Both the position numbers and the translations under genes were made by a program. DNA of 64,000 nucleotides from contig OY282459.1 of assembly GCA_958296285.1 (NCBI GenBank), forward strand, positions 258,367 to 322,366, written 5' to 3'. The DNA comes from an uncultured Alphaproteobacteria bacterium. Lineage in GTDB: Bacteria; Pseudomonadota; Alphaproteobacteria; JAPOUT01; G958296285. The notes beneath the pieces are model-generated. The model had not been told where the DNA came from, ran no database searches, and saw nothing but the letters and a program-made list of their open reading frames with translations. Positions 10,031 to 19,923 of the stretch are shown one piece after another; within the stretch, counting starts at the first letter, position 1; each line of letters begins with the position of its first letter.

Positions 10031-10978
10031 CTATCGCCCTTCATCATCCAGATGAATCTCTATCCGAGCCTCCTCGCGCAGGCGATCCAAATAGGCGCGG
10101 AGCGCCTTGTCGTCTTGCGCCGTCCGCCAGCGCCGCCAGACCTCCTCCCGCGCCTCGTCAAAGGACGGAATCCGCGCCTCCTCCCGCGCGATCAGACGCA
10201 GGAAAATCCTGCCGCCATCCGCCGAAGGGTAAGGGCCGCCCAGTTCCGAAACCTTCAAGCGCTCCGCCGCCGCCGCCAAAGCGCCGCCCAAATAATGCCG
10301 CAGCGCCGAGAGAGGAAGAGGCGCGTCAGGAAGAGGAATGACGTCATCCCTCACGCCTGACCTCGCGTCAAGACGCCCCGCGTCAAGACGCCCCGCCGCC
10401 CCCGCGTCAAGACGCCTCGCCGCCTGCGCCCGCTCCAAATCCGCCAAAGACCAATCTTTCCCAGCCCCCTCCTTCCAATCTTCCGCCGAAAGGCGAAAGC
10501 GCCGAAGATGAAGTCTCGCCTCGCGGCGAAAAAGACCGCGATTCTCTTGATAAAAATCGCGCAACCCCTCTTCGGACAAATCCTCGCGGGAAGCCTCGCG
10601 CAGAATGAGCGCGATCATGCTGCGGACGATCGCCGCGCGAACCGCTCGGTCGGCGCGAAAGAGACCCAAACTCCGCGCGCGCTGCAGCAGCAGCTCCTCG
10701 TCCAAAAATCTCTCCAACAGACGCCGCTTCTCGCTCTTTGAGAGCCGGGTTCGTCTCGCCGCTTCTATCCCCTTGAGCGCCGCCTCATAGTCGGCGCGCG
10801 CGATCGCTCTGCCATTCACATGGGCGGCGGCGGAGGGGTTTTTGAGACGCGCCGCCAAACCCGCCGACCCGTCCAAACTTTGCCAAAAGGCGATGACGAT
10901 CCCGGCGAGAGCCGCCGCGCCGAAAAAGCCGGCGCGCCAAGCCTCGCTCTTTCGCAAAAGCCGCGGCAAAGACAGCAT
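10031..10978 (-). CDS. PpiC/SurA-like peptidylprolyl isomerase family protein
   Basis: N-terminal TM, AHVNGRAI, LDEELLLQRARSLGL, PSFDEAREEV; context next to DUF3604 and HupE. Confidence 0.72.
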   Translation of the reverse strand: MLSLPRLLRKSEAWRAGFFGAAALAGIVIAFWQSLDGSAGLAARLKNPSAAAHVNGRAIARADYEAALKGIEAARRTRLSKSEKRRLLERFLDEELLLQRARSLGLFRADRAVRAAIVRSMIALILREASREDLSEEGLRDFYQENRGLFRREARLHLRRFRLSAEDWKEGAGKDWSLADLERAQAARRLDAGAAGRLDAGRLDARSGVRDDVIPLPDAPLPLSALRHYLGGALAAAAERLKVSELGGPYPSADGGRIFLRLIAREEARIPSFDEAREEVWRRWRTAQDDKALRAYLDRLREEARIEIHLDDEGR

Positions 10979-11108
10979 CGCTTCCCTCCTCCCTTTCCTC
11001 TAAAAAATGGCGCGGACTTGTTGATAAGCCCCGCCGCCGTGATATTATCTTATCGCGGCGGAGGCGCAAAGCCTCTGGCGCTCAAGGGAAGAAAGGAAGG
11101 AATCTATT

Positions 11109-13433
11109 ATGATGCGCAAAATAGGGATCGCTCTCTTTGCCGGGGCGGGTTGTGTCAGCATTTTTCTCTATGGGCTGGGCACGGGCTGGCTGGGCGCGCG
11201 GCGGGACGCCGGCGAGATCACGCCTAGAACGCGGCCTGCCGCCGTCCAAGCCGACTACGCGATCAGGCAGGACAGCGCGCGCGCCGCCGTCAAAGGCTCG
11301 GAGAAGCAAATCCTCTTCGGCGATTTCCATGTCCATACGACCTTCTCGTGGGACGCCTTTCTGATCTCGCTGCCGATGCTGGGCGGCGAAGGCGCGCATC
11401 CTCCGGCGGACGCCTGCGATTTCGCGCGATTCTGCTCGGCGCTGGATTTCTGGTCCATCAACGATCACGCCGAGGGCTTGACCCCCTTCCAATGGCAGGA
11501 GACGCGCGAGAGCATCCGACAATGCGACGCGCTTGCCGGCGACCCCGAAGATCAAGATCTCGTCTCCTTCTTGGGCTGGGAATGGACGCAGGTCGGGAGA
11601 GAGCGCGAGAATCATTACGGACATAAAAACGTGATCCTCCGCGACATTGACGATCGCAAAACGCCGCCGCGCCCGATCGCCTCGGCTAGAGACGGTCTGG
11701 CGATGAACCCGCCTCTCTCCTCGCGGATTCAGCTGGGACTCTTCGCGCCGCAAGGCAGACGGCAGGACTATTTGGATTTCGCCCGCTTCACGCAAGATCG
11801 CGTGACGCTCAAAAAATGCCCGCAAGGCGTTCATGTCCGCGCGCTGCCTGCCGATTGCGAGGAAATTGCCGCCACGCCCGGACTCCTCTATCGCAAACTC
11901 CGCGAATGGGGCTATCCCGCCCTCGTCATCCCGCATGGCACGAGCTGGGGATTCTACACGCCGCAGGGATCCACCTTTGACAAGCAGCTGACCGAAAGAC
12001 AGAACGATCCAGGCTTGCAGACTCTGATTGAAGTCTTTTCGGGACACGGCAATAGCGAGCAATATCGGGACTGGCGCGCCGTCCGTCTGGATGAGGAGGG
12101 CAAGCCCTATTGTCCGAAGCCCAGCGCCGACTATCTGCCCTCCTGCTGGCGCGCCGGAGAGATCATCCGCGCCAGATGCCTGAAGGAAGGCGCGAGCGAG
12201 GAGACCTGCGAAGAGCGCGCCCTCCAAGCGCGGCAATATTACGCCGAAGCGCCCTCCGTGACAGGCTTTCTCGCCATTCCGGGCAGCGACCCCTATGACT
12301 GGCTGGACGCAGGACAATGCCGCGACTGCTATCTCCCGGCTTTCAACTATCGCCCCGGCAGTTCGGTTCAATATACGCTGGCGATCGGAAATTTTGACGA
12401 TCCCGAAAATCCGAAATATTTTCGCTTCGGCTTCATCGGCTCCAGCGACAACCACAAGGCGCGGGCAGGCACAGGCTATAAAGAGTTCGCCCGACAGCAA
12501 ATGACCGAAGCCACGGGCGCCCTTCAGCCGGGAAGCCCTCTTGATCCGATCTTGCGCCGAGAACCCGCCGCCGCCGCGGCGCGCCCGATGGATGACGCGG
12601 CGATAGAGGGACGCGCCAATTTTGATCTCTTGGAAACGGAGCGCAACGGCTCTTTCTTCACGACAGGCGGGCTGGTCGCCGTCCATTCCGGAGGGCGGAA
12701 CAGGCGCGCCATCTGGGACGCCCTAGAGCGCCGCGAAGTCTATGGCACATCGGGCGAGAGAATCCTCCTCTGGTTTGATCTGGAAAACGCGCCGGAGGGA
12801 AAACTCCCAATGGGATCCGAAACCGAAATGGACGCCGCCCCCCGCTTCGCCGTCCGCGCGCTGGGCGCTTTCAAGCAGAAGCCCGGCTGCCCCGATCATG
12901 TCCATGACGCGCTGGGAGACGCGCGGGTGCAGAAAATCTGCCTCGGCGAATGCTACAACCCCTCCGATGAGCGCAAGCGAATCACCCATATTGAGATCAT
13001 CCGAATCACGCCGCAAACCCAAAAAGACGAGCCGATCGCCCCGCTGATCCAAGATGTCTGGAAGCGCATCCCCTGTCCGAAGGAGGGGGAGGGATGCGTC
13101 GCGCAATTCTCCGATCCCGATTTCGTCCGCGGCGGCAGGCGGACAGTCTATTACGCCCGCGCCGTGCAGGAAGAAGCCCCCGTCGTCAATGCCGCGCAGC
13201 TCAGATGCTCCTTTAACGCCGAAGGCGCGTGCGTCTCGGTCAATCCCTGCTACGGCGATTATCGCACGCCCTATCAGGACGACTGTCTCGCCAACGCGCC
13301 GGAAATGGCATGGTCGTCCCCCATCTATATCGGCTATAAGAAGGGCTTGCGCGGGACGCGACCGGCGCCGGCGGCGCGGACGCCCGCGCCGCGAGCGCCG
13401 CAGACGCCGGCGTCTCAGACGCCCGCGCCATAA
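11109..13433 (+). CDS. DUF3604 family PHP-like metallohydrolase
   Basis: FGDFHVHTTFSWDA, LDFWSINDHAE, GWEWT, IPHG, GSSDNH, REVYGTSG, YYARAVQE, AWSSPI. Confidence 0.82.
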   Translation: MMRKIGIALFAGAGCVSIFLYGLGTGWLGARRDAGEITPRTRPAAVQADYAIRQDSARAAVKGSEKQILFGDFHVHTTFSWDAFLISLPMLGGEGAHPPADACDFARFCSALDFWSINDHAEGLTPFQWQETRESIRQCDALAGDPEDQDLVSFLGWEWTQVGRERENHYGHKNVILRDIDDRKTPPRPIASARDGLAMNPPLSSRIQLGLFAPQGRRQDYLDFARFTQDRVTLKKCPQGVHVRALPADCEEIAATPGLLYRKLREWGYPALVIPHGTSWGFYTPQGSTFDKQLTERQNDPGLQTLIEVFSGHGNSEQYRDWRAVRLDEEGKPYCPKPSADYLPSCWRAGEIIRARCLKEGASEETCEERALQARQYYAEAPSVTGFLAIPGSDPYDWLDAGQCRDCYLPAFNYRPGSSVQYTLAIGNFDDPENPKYFRFGFIGSSDNHKARAGTGYKEFARQQMTEATGALQPGSPLDPILRREPAAAAARPMDDAAIEGRANFDLLETERNGSFFTTGGLVAVHSGGRNRRAIWDALERREVYGTSGERILLWFDLENAPEGKLPMGSETEMDAAPRFAVRALGAFKQKPGCPDHVHDALGDARVQKICLGECYNPSDERKRITHIEIIRITPQTQKDEPIAPLIQDVWKRIPCPKEGEGCVAQFSDPDFVRGGRRTVYYARAVQEEAPVVNAAQLRCSFNAEGACVSVNPCYGDYRTPYQDDCLANAPEMAWSSPIYIGYKKGLRGTRPAPAARTPAPRAPQTPASQTPAP

Positions 13434-13449
13434 CCGCGCCCTTAAGAAT

Positions 13450-13521
13450 GCGGGTGTAGCTCAGGGGCAGAGCACGAGCTTCCCAAGCTCGGTGTCGAGG
13501 GTTCGATTCCCTTCACCCGCT
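13450..13521 (+). tRNA. tRNA-Gly (CCC), CCA not encoded
   Basis: acceptor GCGGGTG/CACCCGC, anticodon arm CGAGC-TTCCCAA-GCTCG, T loop GGTTCGATT. Confidence 0.93.
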
Positions 13522-14963
13522 CACTGGGCGCTTCGGAGAAGCATCAGGCGGATTTCGGTCATGTCCTCCATCGCGAAGCGCACGCCCTCGCGCCCCAGAC
13601 CCGAATCCTTCACGCCGCCATAGGGCATCGCATCCACCCGATAGGACGGCACATCCCCAATCACCACGCCCCCGACCTCCAAGCGATCCCAGGCTCTATG
13701 CGCTTTGTGAATGTCGCGCGTGAAAATCCCCGCCTGCAGACCAAAAGCGCTGTCATTGATCTCATTGAGCGCCGCGTCAAAATCGGAAAAGGAGGAGAGA
13801 ACCGCCACGGGCCCAAAAGCCTCCTCGCGCATCAGAGAGCAGGACTTCGGAACTTTTTCCATCAGGGTCGCCGCCAGCATGACTCCCTGCCGCGTCCCCC
13901 CGCAGAGAATATGCCCGCCTTCGGCTTTCGCCTCTTGAATCCAAGATTCCACGCGGCGCGCCTCCTTTTCCGAAATCATCGGCCCGATGAAGGTGTCCTC
14001 CTCTTTCGGATCGCCTATTTTAAGTTTTTGGGTCGCCTCGCGGAGTCTGTCGCGGAAAGGGTCGTAGAGTTTCTCGTGGATCAGGATTCTTTGAACGCCG
14101 ATGCAGCTCTGCCCCGACTGATAAAAAGCGCCGAAGACAACTCGCGCCACCGCCTCCTCTATTTGGGCGTCCTCGTCTATGAGGCATGCCGCGTTGCCGC
14201 CCAGTTCCAAGACGACCTTCTTTTTTCCGGCGCGCGCTTTCAGCGCCCAGCCCACTTTCGGCGAGCCTGTGAAACTGAGCAGTTTTAAGCGCTCATCCTC
14301 CGTGAAAAGACGCGCCCCCTCTCTGGCGCAGGGCAGGACGGAAAACGCGCCTTCCGGCAGATCGGTCTCGGACAGAATCTCGGCAATCATCAAAGCGCCG
14401 ATCGGCGTCAGACTGGCCGGCTTCAGAATGAAGGGGCAGCCGCAGGCAATCGCCGGCGCGACCTTATGCGCCACCAGATTCAAAGGAAAATTAAAAGGCG
14501 AGACAAAAGAGCAGGGGCCTATCGGCACGCGCTTCCACTGCCCGCGATAGCCTCTCGCTCTCGCCGAAATGTCCAAAGGCTGAACTTCGCCGATCATCCG
14601 CTCGGCTTCGCCGGCGGCGATGCGGAAGGTGTCAATCAGGCGCATGACTTCGCCTTTGGAGTCGCGGATGGGCTTCCCCGCTTCAATCGTCAGCGCGGCG
14701 GCAAATTCCGAAAAGCGCTCCTCAAAACGGCGGACGCAATGTTCCAGCGCCTCGCGTCTTTCATAGGAGGCGAGCGCCGCCATCGGCTTCGCCGCTTTGA
14801 GGCACGCCGCGATCGCCCGATCAATCGCCGCTTCGTCCGCCAAAGCCGCCCGCGCCGCCTCTTCGCCTGTATATTTGTCGCGCACGACAAGATCGCGGTT
14901 CGGCGCTTCGGGCTTGCCTGCCAGATAATAGGGGTAATCCTTTTTGGAGAGAGCCATCGTCAT
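13521..14963 (-). CDS. aldehyde dehydrogenase
   Basis: PFNFPLNL, FTGS, LELGGNA, SGQSC, EEAFGP, PYGGVKDSGLGREG. Confidence 0.93.
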   Translation of the reverse strand: MTMALSKKDYPYYLAGKPEAPNRDLVVRDKYTGEEAARAALADEAAIDRAIAACLKAAKPMAALASYERREALEHCVRRFEERFSEFAAALTIEAGKPIRDSKGEVMRLIDTFRIAAGEAERMIGEVQPLDISARARGYRGQWKRVPIGPCSFVSPFNFPLNLVAHKVAPAIACGCPFILKPASLTPIGALMIAEILSETDLPEGAFSVLPCAREGARLFTEDERLKLLSFTGSPKVGWALKARAGKKKVVLELGGNAACLIDEDAQIEEAVARVVFGAFYQSGQSCIGVQRILIHEKLYDPFRDRLREATQKLKIGDPKEEDTFIGPMISEKEARRVESWIQEAKAEGGHILCGGTRQGVMLAATLMEKVPKSCSLMREEAFGPVAVLSSFSDFDAALNEINDSAFGLQAGIFTRDIHKAHRAWDRLEVGGVVIGDVPSYRVDAMPYGGVKDSGLGREGVRFAMEDMTEIRLMLLRSAQ

Positions 14964-16612
14964 AATTGCATAGCAATCTTTCCCAAGCGCTCCGTCAAGA
15001 GCCTGTTTTCGCGATAGTCAATCGGAATGACGAGGAGCGACGGCCCTTGATGGGCGAGCGCGGCTTCCAAGGAGGGCAGCAGATCGCGCGAGCGGCTCAC
15101 ATAAGAGCCGCGCCAGCCGAAACTCTTCGCCAAATCCAGCCAGTCGGGATTGCCGAAGGAGAGATCGGTATGTTTTCCGAAATGCCCCTCCTGCTTCCAC
15201 GCGATGAGGCCATATTGCTTGTCCTCCCAAACCATGATCGTGATGTCGGCGTTCAAGCGCCTTGCCGTTTCCATCTCTTGGACGTTCATCAGAAAGTCGC
15301 CGTCTCCGGCGATTCCCAAGATTTTCCGATCCGGATGCACCATATGCGCCGCGATCGCGCCCGGCAGAGGCATCCCCATTGAGCAGAAGCCGTTTGGAAT
15401 GAGGCACGTATTGGGCTGGTGGCAGTGATAATAGCGCGCGATCCACATTTTATGCGCGCCCACGCCGGAGATCAGAATGTCGTCCATGTCCAGAGCCTGC
15501 CTCGCGTCATGGAGCGCTTTTTGCGGACGAATCGCGCCTTCGGTGTCGTCATCGGCATATTCGGCGAAGTCGGCGATCATGCGCTCTCGGATTTTCGCTT
15601 GGGCGGTCAGATCGTAAGAGGCTCGCTTTTCGCCGCGCATCGCCGCCATCAATTTTCTCAGAGAGAGCGCGATGTCGCCAATCAGTTCCGTCTGCGGATG
15701 GTAATGCTCGTCTATCTCGGCGGGCAGGAAGTCTATATGGAGGATTTCCTTGTCGGAATTCGGATTCCAAAGTTTCGGCGGATATTCCACAAGATCATAG
15801 CCGATCGCGAGAACCAAATCGGAATCGTCTATGGCGAGCGACGGTATGTCCTTCTGCCCCAGTCCGATCGTGAAGAGGCAATAGGGGGCGTCCTTATCCA
15901 CCGCGCCCTTCCCCATGAAGCTGGACATGACGCCGATGCCGGTCTCGGCGCATAGTTTGCGAAGTTCGCGCGAGGCGCGGCGGCGAATCGTTCCGTTGCC
16001 GGCGATGATGATCGGCGTCTTGGCTTCGGCGAGTTTTTGCGCCGCTTCTTGGATCGCGACGGCGTCCGGTTCGGGGCGGCGGAAGCGTCTGGGCGTCATT
16101 GGCGCGGCGTCCGTTTCCATTTTGGCGATGTCTTCCGGCAGTTCAATCAAGACCGCGCCCGGCTTCTCCGCCCGCGACAAGCGCACGGCTTTGCGGACAA
16201 TTTCGGGCAGCGTATGGGGATGAATGACTGAGACCGACCATTTCGTGACGGGACGATACATGGCGACCACATCCATGATTTGGTGGCTTTCTTTATGCTG
16301 CCGCGTTGTCGCGCCTTGTCCTGTGAGGACGAGGATTGGCGCTCTGTCCATATTGGCGTCCGCGACTCCGGTGATGAGGTTGGCGGCGCCGGGGCCGAGC
16401 GTGCCGAGGCATCCTGCCGGCGTTCCTGTGAGGCGTCCATAGACTTCCGCCATGAAGGCTGCGCCTTGTTCGTGGCGCGTCAGGATGAAGCGGATTTTTT
16501 TGGATGCTTCAAGCGACATGATGAAGTCGGCGTTTTCCTCGCCTGGGACGCCGAAAATATGGGTGATGCCTTCTTCTTCTAGGCATTGGACGAAGAGATC
16601 GGAGGCTTTCAT
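14960..16612 (-). CDS. acetolactate synthase large-subunit-like ThDP enzyme
   Basis: FGVPGEEN, TRHEQGAAFMA, GDGDFLMN ThDP motif. Confidence 0.9.
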   Translation of the reverse strand: MKASDLFVQCLEEEGITHIFGVPGEENADFIMSLEASKKIRFILTRHEQGAAFMAEVYGRLTGTPAGCLGTLGPGAANLITGVADANMDRAPILVLTGQGATTRQHKESHQIMDVVAMYRPVTKWSVSVIHPHTLPEIVRKAVRLSRAEKPGAVLIELPEDIAKMETDAAPMTPRRFRRPEPDAVAIQEAAQKLAEAKTPIIIAGNGTIRRRASRELRKLCAETGIGVMSSFMGKGAVDKDAPYCLFTIGLGQKDIPSLAIDDSDLVLAIGYDLVEYPPKLWNPNSDKEILHIDFLPAEIDEHYHPQTELIGDIALSLRKLMAAMRGEKRASYDLTAQAKIRERMIADFAEYADDDTEGAIRPQKALHDARQALDMDDILISGVGAHKMWIARYYHCHQPNTCLIPNGFCSMGMPLPGAIAAHMVHPDRKILGIAGDGDFLMNVQEMETARRLNADITIMVWEDKQYGLIAWKQEGHFGKHTDLSFGNPDWLDLAKSFGWRGSYVSRSRDLLPSLEAALAHQGPSLLVIPIDYRENRLLTERLGKIAMQL

Positions 16613-16716
16613 GGGGTTCTCCTTATTGAGGTTATCGTTTTGCGTTCCCTGACCCCATTGGGAGGATTATAGCGGGGATTTCTTTTGTTTGCTAGCGGGG
16701 GATTGGGGTCGCTGCC

Positions 16717-17042
16717 GCGCTCCCGTGAAGGGGGGTGTGGGGGGCGAAGCCCCCCGCGAAAAGGGGGTTCGGGGGAAACCCCCGAATAGTCGGCGGGCGT
16801 GGCGAAACGAAGCGCACGAAGCGCGTAGCGCAAGTGCGCGAGAAAGCCCGCCGACCCCCCTGCTTACAAGAGCTCTTGGCGTTCAGGGGGCGCGTGGGTG
16901 GGTCGCATTTGCTCGCTCACGCTTCGCTCCGCTCGCAAATGCTTTTTTCCCACCCACCCACGCGTTTCGGGGGGATTCCCCCCGACCCCCCCCTTCTTCG
17001 CGGGGGGCGTTCCGCCCCCCACACCCCCCTTCACTGGAGCGC
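16717..17042 (+). repeat. nested-hairpin dispersed element, copy 1 (forward)
   Basis: imperfect terminal IR GCGCTCCCGTGAAGGGGGG...CCCCCTTCACTGGAGCGC; core GTCGGCGGGC...GCCCGCCGAC, GAGCTC hairpin and CGCGTGGGTGGG...CCCACCCACGCG shared with 8 other loci. Confidence 0.95.
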
Positions 17043-17051
17043 CGCCCCCCT

Positions 17052-18650
17052 CTACGCAAAACCATGCTCCGTCTTATCCCAATAATGCGGATCACGGAAA
17101 AACTGCCAAAAAGCCCGAAACACCGCCACCGCCGACAAAATCCAATAAAACGGCATGGAAAAACTCTCGCGCCACAAAACACAACCCCGCGAGCCGCTCG
17201 CCAAAAGCGCCGCCCCTATCGCCGCCCCATAACCCAAAACCCCCGCCAACAAATTAAAGAAAAGCAAAGACCCCATCCATGACGCGCCAACATGAACCTC
17301 CAAAACCCACAAAAACGCCGTCAAAGGCCAAAAAAGACCATGCGCAAGAATGTTCACGACATAAACCGGAATCAAAAGATGCAGATAAAAACGCGCCGCC
17401 CATGAAACAGGCAAACCCCGGCGAGGCTGCCGCATGGCGGAAGCATAGCTCTGCATCCATCCTTTGATCCAACGCGAGCGCTGTCTTATCCATGAGCCGA
17501 GCGCGCCGTTCGCCTCCTCCCGCGTCTCCGATTCAAAACACGCCGCGCGAAAGCCATGACGCGCCAACCGCAAACCCAATTCGGCGTCTTCAGTCACATT
17601 GTAAGAATCCCAGCCATGCATCGCCCGCAGAGCCTCTATGCGGAAATGATTGGACGTCCCGCCCAACAAAATCGGCAAGCCCAGCGAAGAGGCGAAAGGC
17701 AGAAAAAAACGAAAATGCATCAGATATTCCAACGCGAACTGCCGCGTCAGCCATGTCGCGCCCCCATTGAAAAAAGAAAGATGCGCCTGAAGCGCCACAA
17801 CATCAGCAGGAAGATGACGGAAATGCGCCGCCGCTTTCCGCAACTGCCGCGGATCAGGAATGTCTTCGGCGTCATAGATCGTGATCAAATCGCCGCGCGC
17901 GAAAAGGAGACCATAATTGCAAGCCTTCGGCTTCGTCTGAACTTCATGAGACGGCACGATCAGAATATGAAAGCGCTTGTCCAGCGCCTCTCCTCGGACG
18001 GCTTGGATCGTCTCGGCATCCTCCTCTTCCAGCAGGAGTTTGATGTCCAGCTTATGGCGGGGATAGTCTATGCGCTTCAGCGCGCGAATGAGATTGGGCA
18101 GGACGCGAGTCTCGCGGAAGAGGGGAACGAGAATCGTATAGACAGGAAGCGCCTCGTCTTTAAGGGGCGGCGCCGGCGGCGCGAAGCCTCGCCGCCGCCT
18201 CTTCTCTCCGAAGACAGACCACAGAACGAGACCCTGCCGAAAGAGAATCCCCAAAAGACTCACCGTCCCAATGGCGAGGTTCAAAAAGATGAAAGATGTT
18301 TTCGGCGACAGAAGCGCTCCGACAAAGCAGCAGAGAAGAAGAATCATCGCGCCGCCGAAAATTTTCCTCACCGGCAGATGCGCCGCCGACGAGGGCGGGT
18401 CTTCTTCCGCCAAGCCCCGCACCGCCCGCGACAGCAGAGAGGCGCGGCAATGGCGCTCTATCGTCTGATAGAGCGAGGCGCGATCTATCGGAACGATTCT
18501 GCCATGTTGGACGCCCCGCTTTTTCATCTCGGCGGCGGCGAGAGACGGATCGCAAGCGGCGTAGTCCATTCTCTTCGGCGCGTCTTTGGCGCGCCCTATC
18601 GGCATGGCTTCGGCGGCGAGATAGAAGGAGAAATTTTCTGTCTCCAACAT
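17052..18650 (-). CDS. GT2 family glycosyltransferase, membrane-bound
   Basis: YTILVPLFRE, TKPKACNYGL, IYDAED, GGTSNHF, NVTEDAELG, QRSRWIKG. Confidence 0.9.
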   Translation of the reverse strand: MLETENFSFYLAAEAMPIGRAKDAPKRMDYAACDPSLAAAEMKKRGVQHGRIVPIDRASLYQTIERHCRASLLSRAVRGLAEEDPPSSAAHLPVRKIFGGAMILLLCCFVGALLSPKTSFIFLNLAIGTVSLLGILFRQGLVLWSVFGEKRRRRGFAPPAPPLKDEALPVYTILVPLFRETRVLPNLIRALKRIDYPRHKLDIKLLLEEEDAETIQAVRGEALDKRFHILIVPSHEVQTKPKACNYGLLFARGDLITIYDAEDIPDPRQLRKAAAHFRHLPADVVALQAHLSFFNGGATWLTRQFALEYLMHFRFFLPFASSLGLPILLGGTSNHFRIEALRAMHGWDSYNVTEDAELGLRLARHGFRAACFESETREEANGALGSWIRQRSRWIKGWMQSYASAMRQPRRGLPVSWAARFYLHLLIPVYVVNILAHGLFWPLTAFLWVLEVHVGASWMGSLLFFNLLAGVLGYGAAIGAALLASGSRGCVLWRESFSMPFYWILSAVAVFRAFWQFFRDPHYWDKTEHGFA

Positions 18651-18734
18651 AAGCGTCCTCCCCGAATCGCTTAGAGGTTGGAGAATTATACCTATATCTA
18701 GCTGTTTTTCCGAAAAATCGCCTAGATATGGATT

Positions 18735-19535
18735 TTATCTTTTGGCGAAGAGGAGACGTGTCAGGAAGGGGAGTTGGAGGATCCAGAGGAGGCGGGTTGT
18801 GTCGGCGGGTTTGCAGGGCGGGAGTCCGAGCGTCAGCGTTTTTTGGGGTTTGTCGGTGTAGGTTCGGAAGATTCTGTCCCAGAGGGAGAGGATGAAGCCG
18901 AAATTTGTGTCGCGCTCGCCTTGGCGGATGGAGTGGTGCGTGCGGTGCATATCGGGCGTGACGAGGATGGCGCGGATGTATTTTTCGTAAGGCTTTTTGA
19001 TGGAGGCGTTGGCGTGGTTGAAGATCGCCATGCTGGAGAGCAGGATTTCAAAGATCATGACGCCGTAGGCGGCGGCGCCCAGCGCGTAGACGGCTGTGAT
19101 TTTGATTCCCATGCTGAGGAGGATTTCTATTGGGTGGAATCGCAGCGCGCTGGATGCGTCTATATCGGGGTCTGTGTGGTGGGCGGCGTGGATTCGCCAG
19201 AGCGCGGGGATTTTATGGAGGAGGGCGTGTTGGGCGTAGATGAGGAGGTCTAGGGCGAGGATTGTGATGAGGATGGAGAGGGCGTGGGGGAGTTTGGTTT
19301 GGTTGAGGAGTCCGATGGTGTTTTGTTGGGCGTGGATGGCGGTTTCTAGGGCGAGGATTGGGACGAGGAGTCGGAGGAGGATCATGTTGCAGAAGCCGAG
19401 TCCGAGGTTGACGGCGAGGCGTTTTTTGAGATTGAGGATGAGGGCTCTTGCTGGGGCGTGGTGTTCCCAGAGCATGATGATTGCGAGGGTTATGATGAAG
19501 ATGGCGCTTCGGATGATGGGTTCATATTCGGTCAT
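18735..19535 (-). CDS. sterol desaturase / fatty acid hydroxylase family
   Basis: His boxes HALLH, HAAHH, FNHAN, HRTHH; ATG 19535 (the ORF-track extension runs into the repeat). Confidence 0.88.
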   Translation of the reverse strand: MTEYEPIIRSAIFIITLAIIMLWEHHAPARALILNLKKRLAVNLGLGFCNMILLRLLVPILALETAIHAQQNTIGLLNQTKLPHALSILITILALDLLIYAQHALLHKIPALWRIHAAHHTDPDIDASSALRFHPIEILLSMGIKITAVYALGAAAYGVMIFEILLSSMAIFNHANASIKKPYEKYIRAILVTPDMHRTHHSIRQGERDTNFGFILSLWDRIFRTYTDKPQKTLTLGLPPCKPADTTRLLWILQLPFLTRLLFAKR

Positions 19536-19557
19536 GGGGCATTTTATATTTGTGAAA

Positions 19558-19885
19558 GCTCCAAAAGAAAGGGGGGTTTGGGGGGCTAGCCCCCCAAAAA
19601 AAACCAAGCGGGCGAAGCCCGCTATAGTCGGCGGGCGTGGCGAAACGAAGCGGGCGAAGCCGCAGGCAAGCCCGCGAGAAAGCCCGCCGACCCCCCTGCT
19701 TACAAGAGCTCTTGCGAGCAGGGGCGGTTGGGGGGTGGGTCGCTTTTCCTCGCTGCGCTACGCCACGAGTGGCTACGCTTGCTCGGAAAAGCTTTTTTCC
19801 CACCCCACCCCCCAACCGTTTCGGGGGGGATTCCCCCCGATCCCCCCTTCTTTCTTGGGGGGCAAGCCCCCCCAAACCCCCCTTA
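19558..19885 (+). repeat. nested-hairpin dispersed element, copy 2 (forward)
   Basis: same hairpin modules with variant H2 (AGCGGGCGAAGCCCGCT) and H5; lies between divergent genes. Confidence 0.95.
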
Positions 19886-19923
19886 ACGAAAGCAGCCTAA
19901 TCTGCTAACCCTCCCAAGATAAA

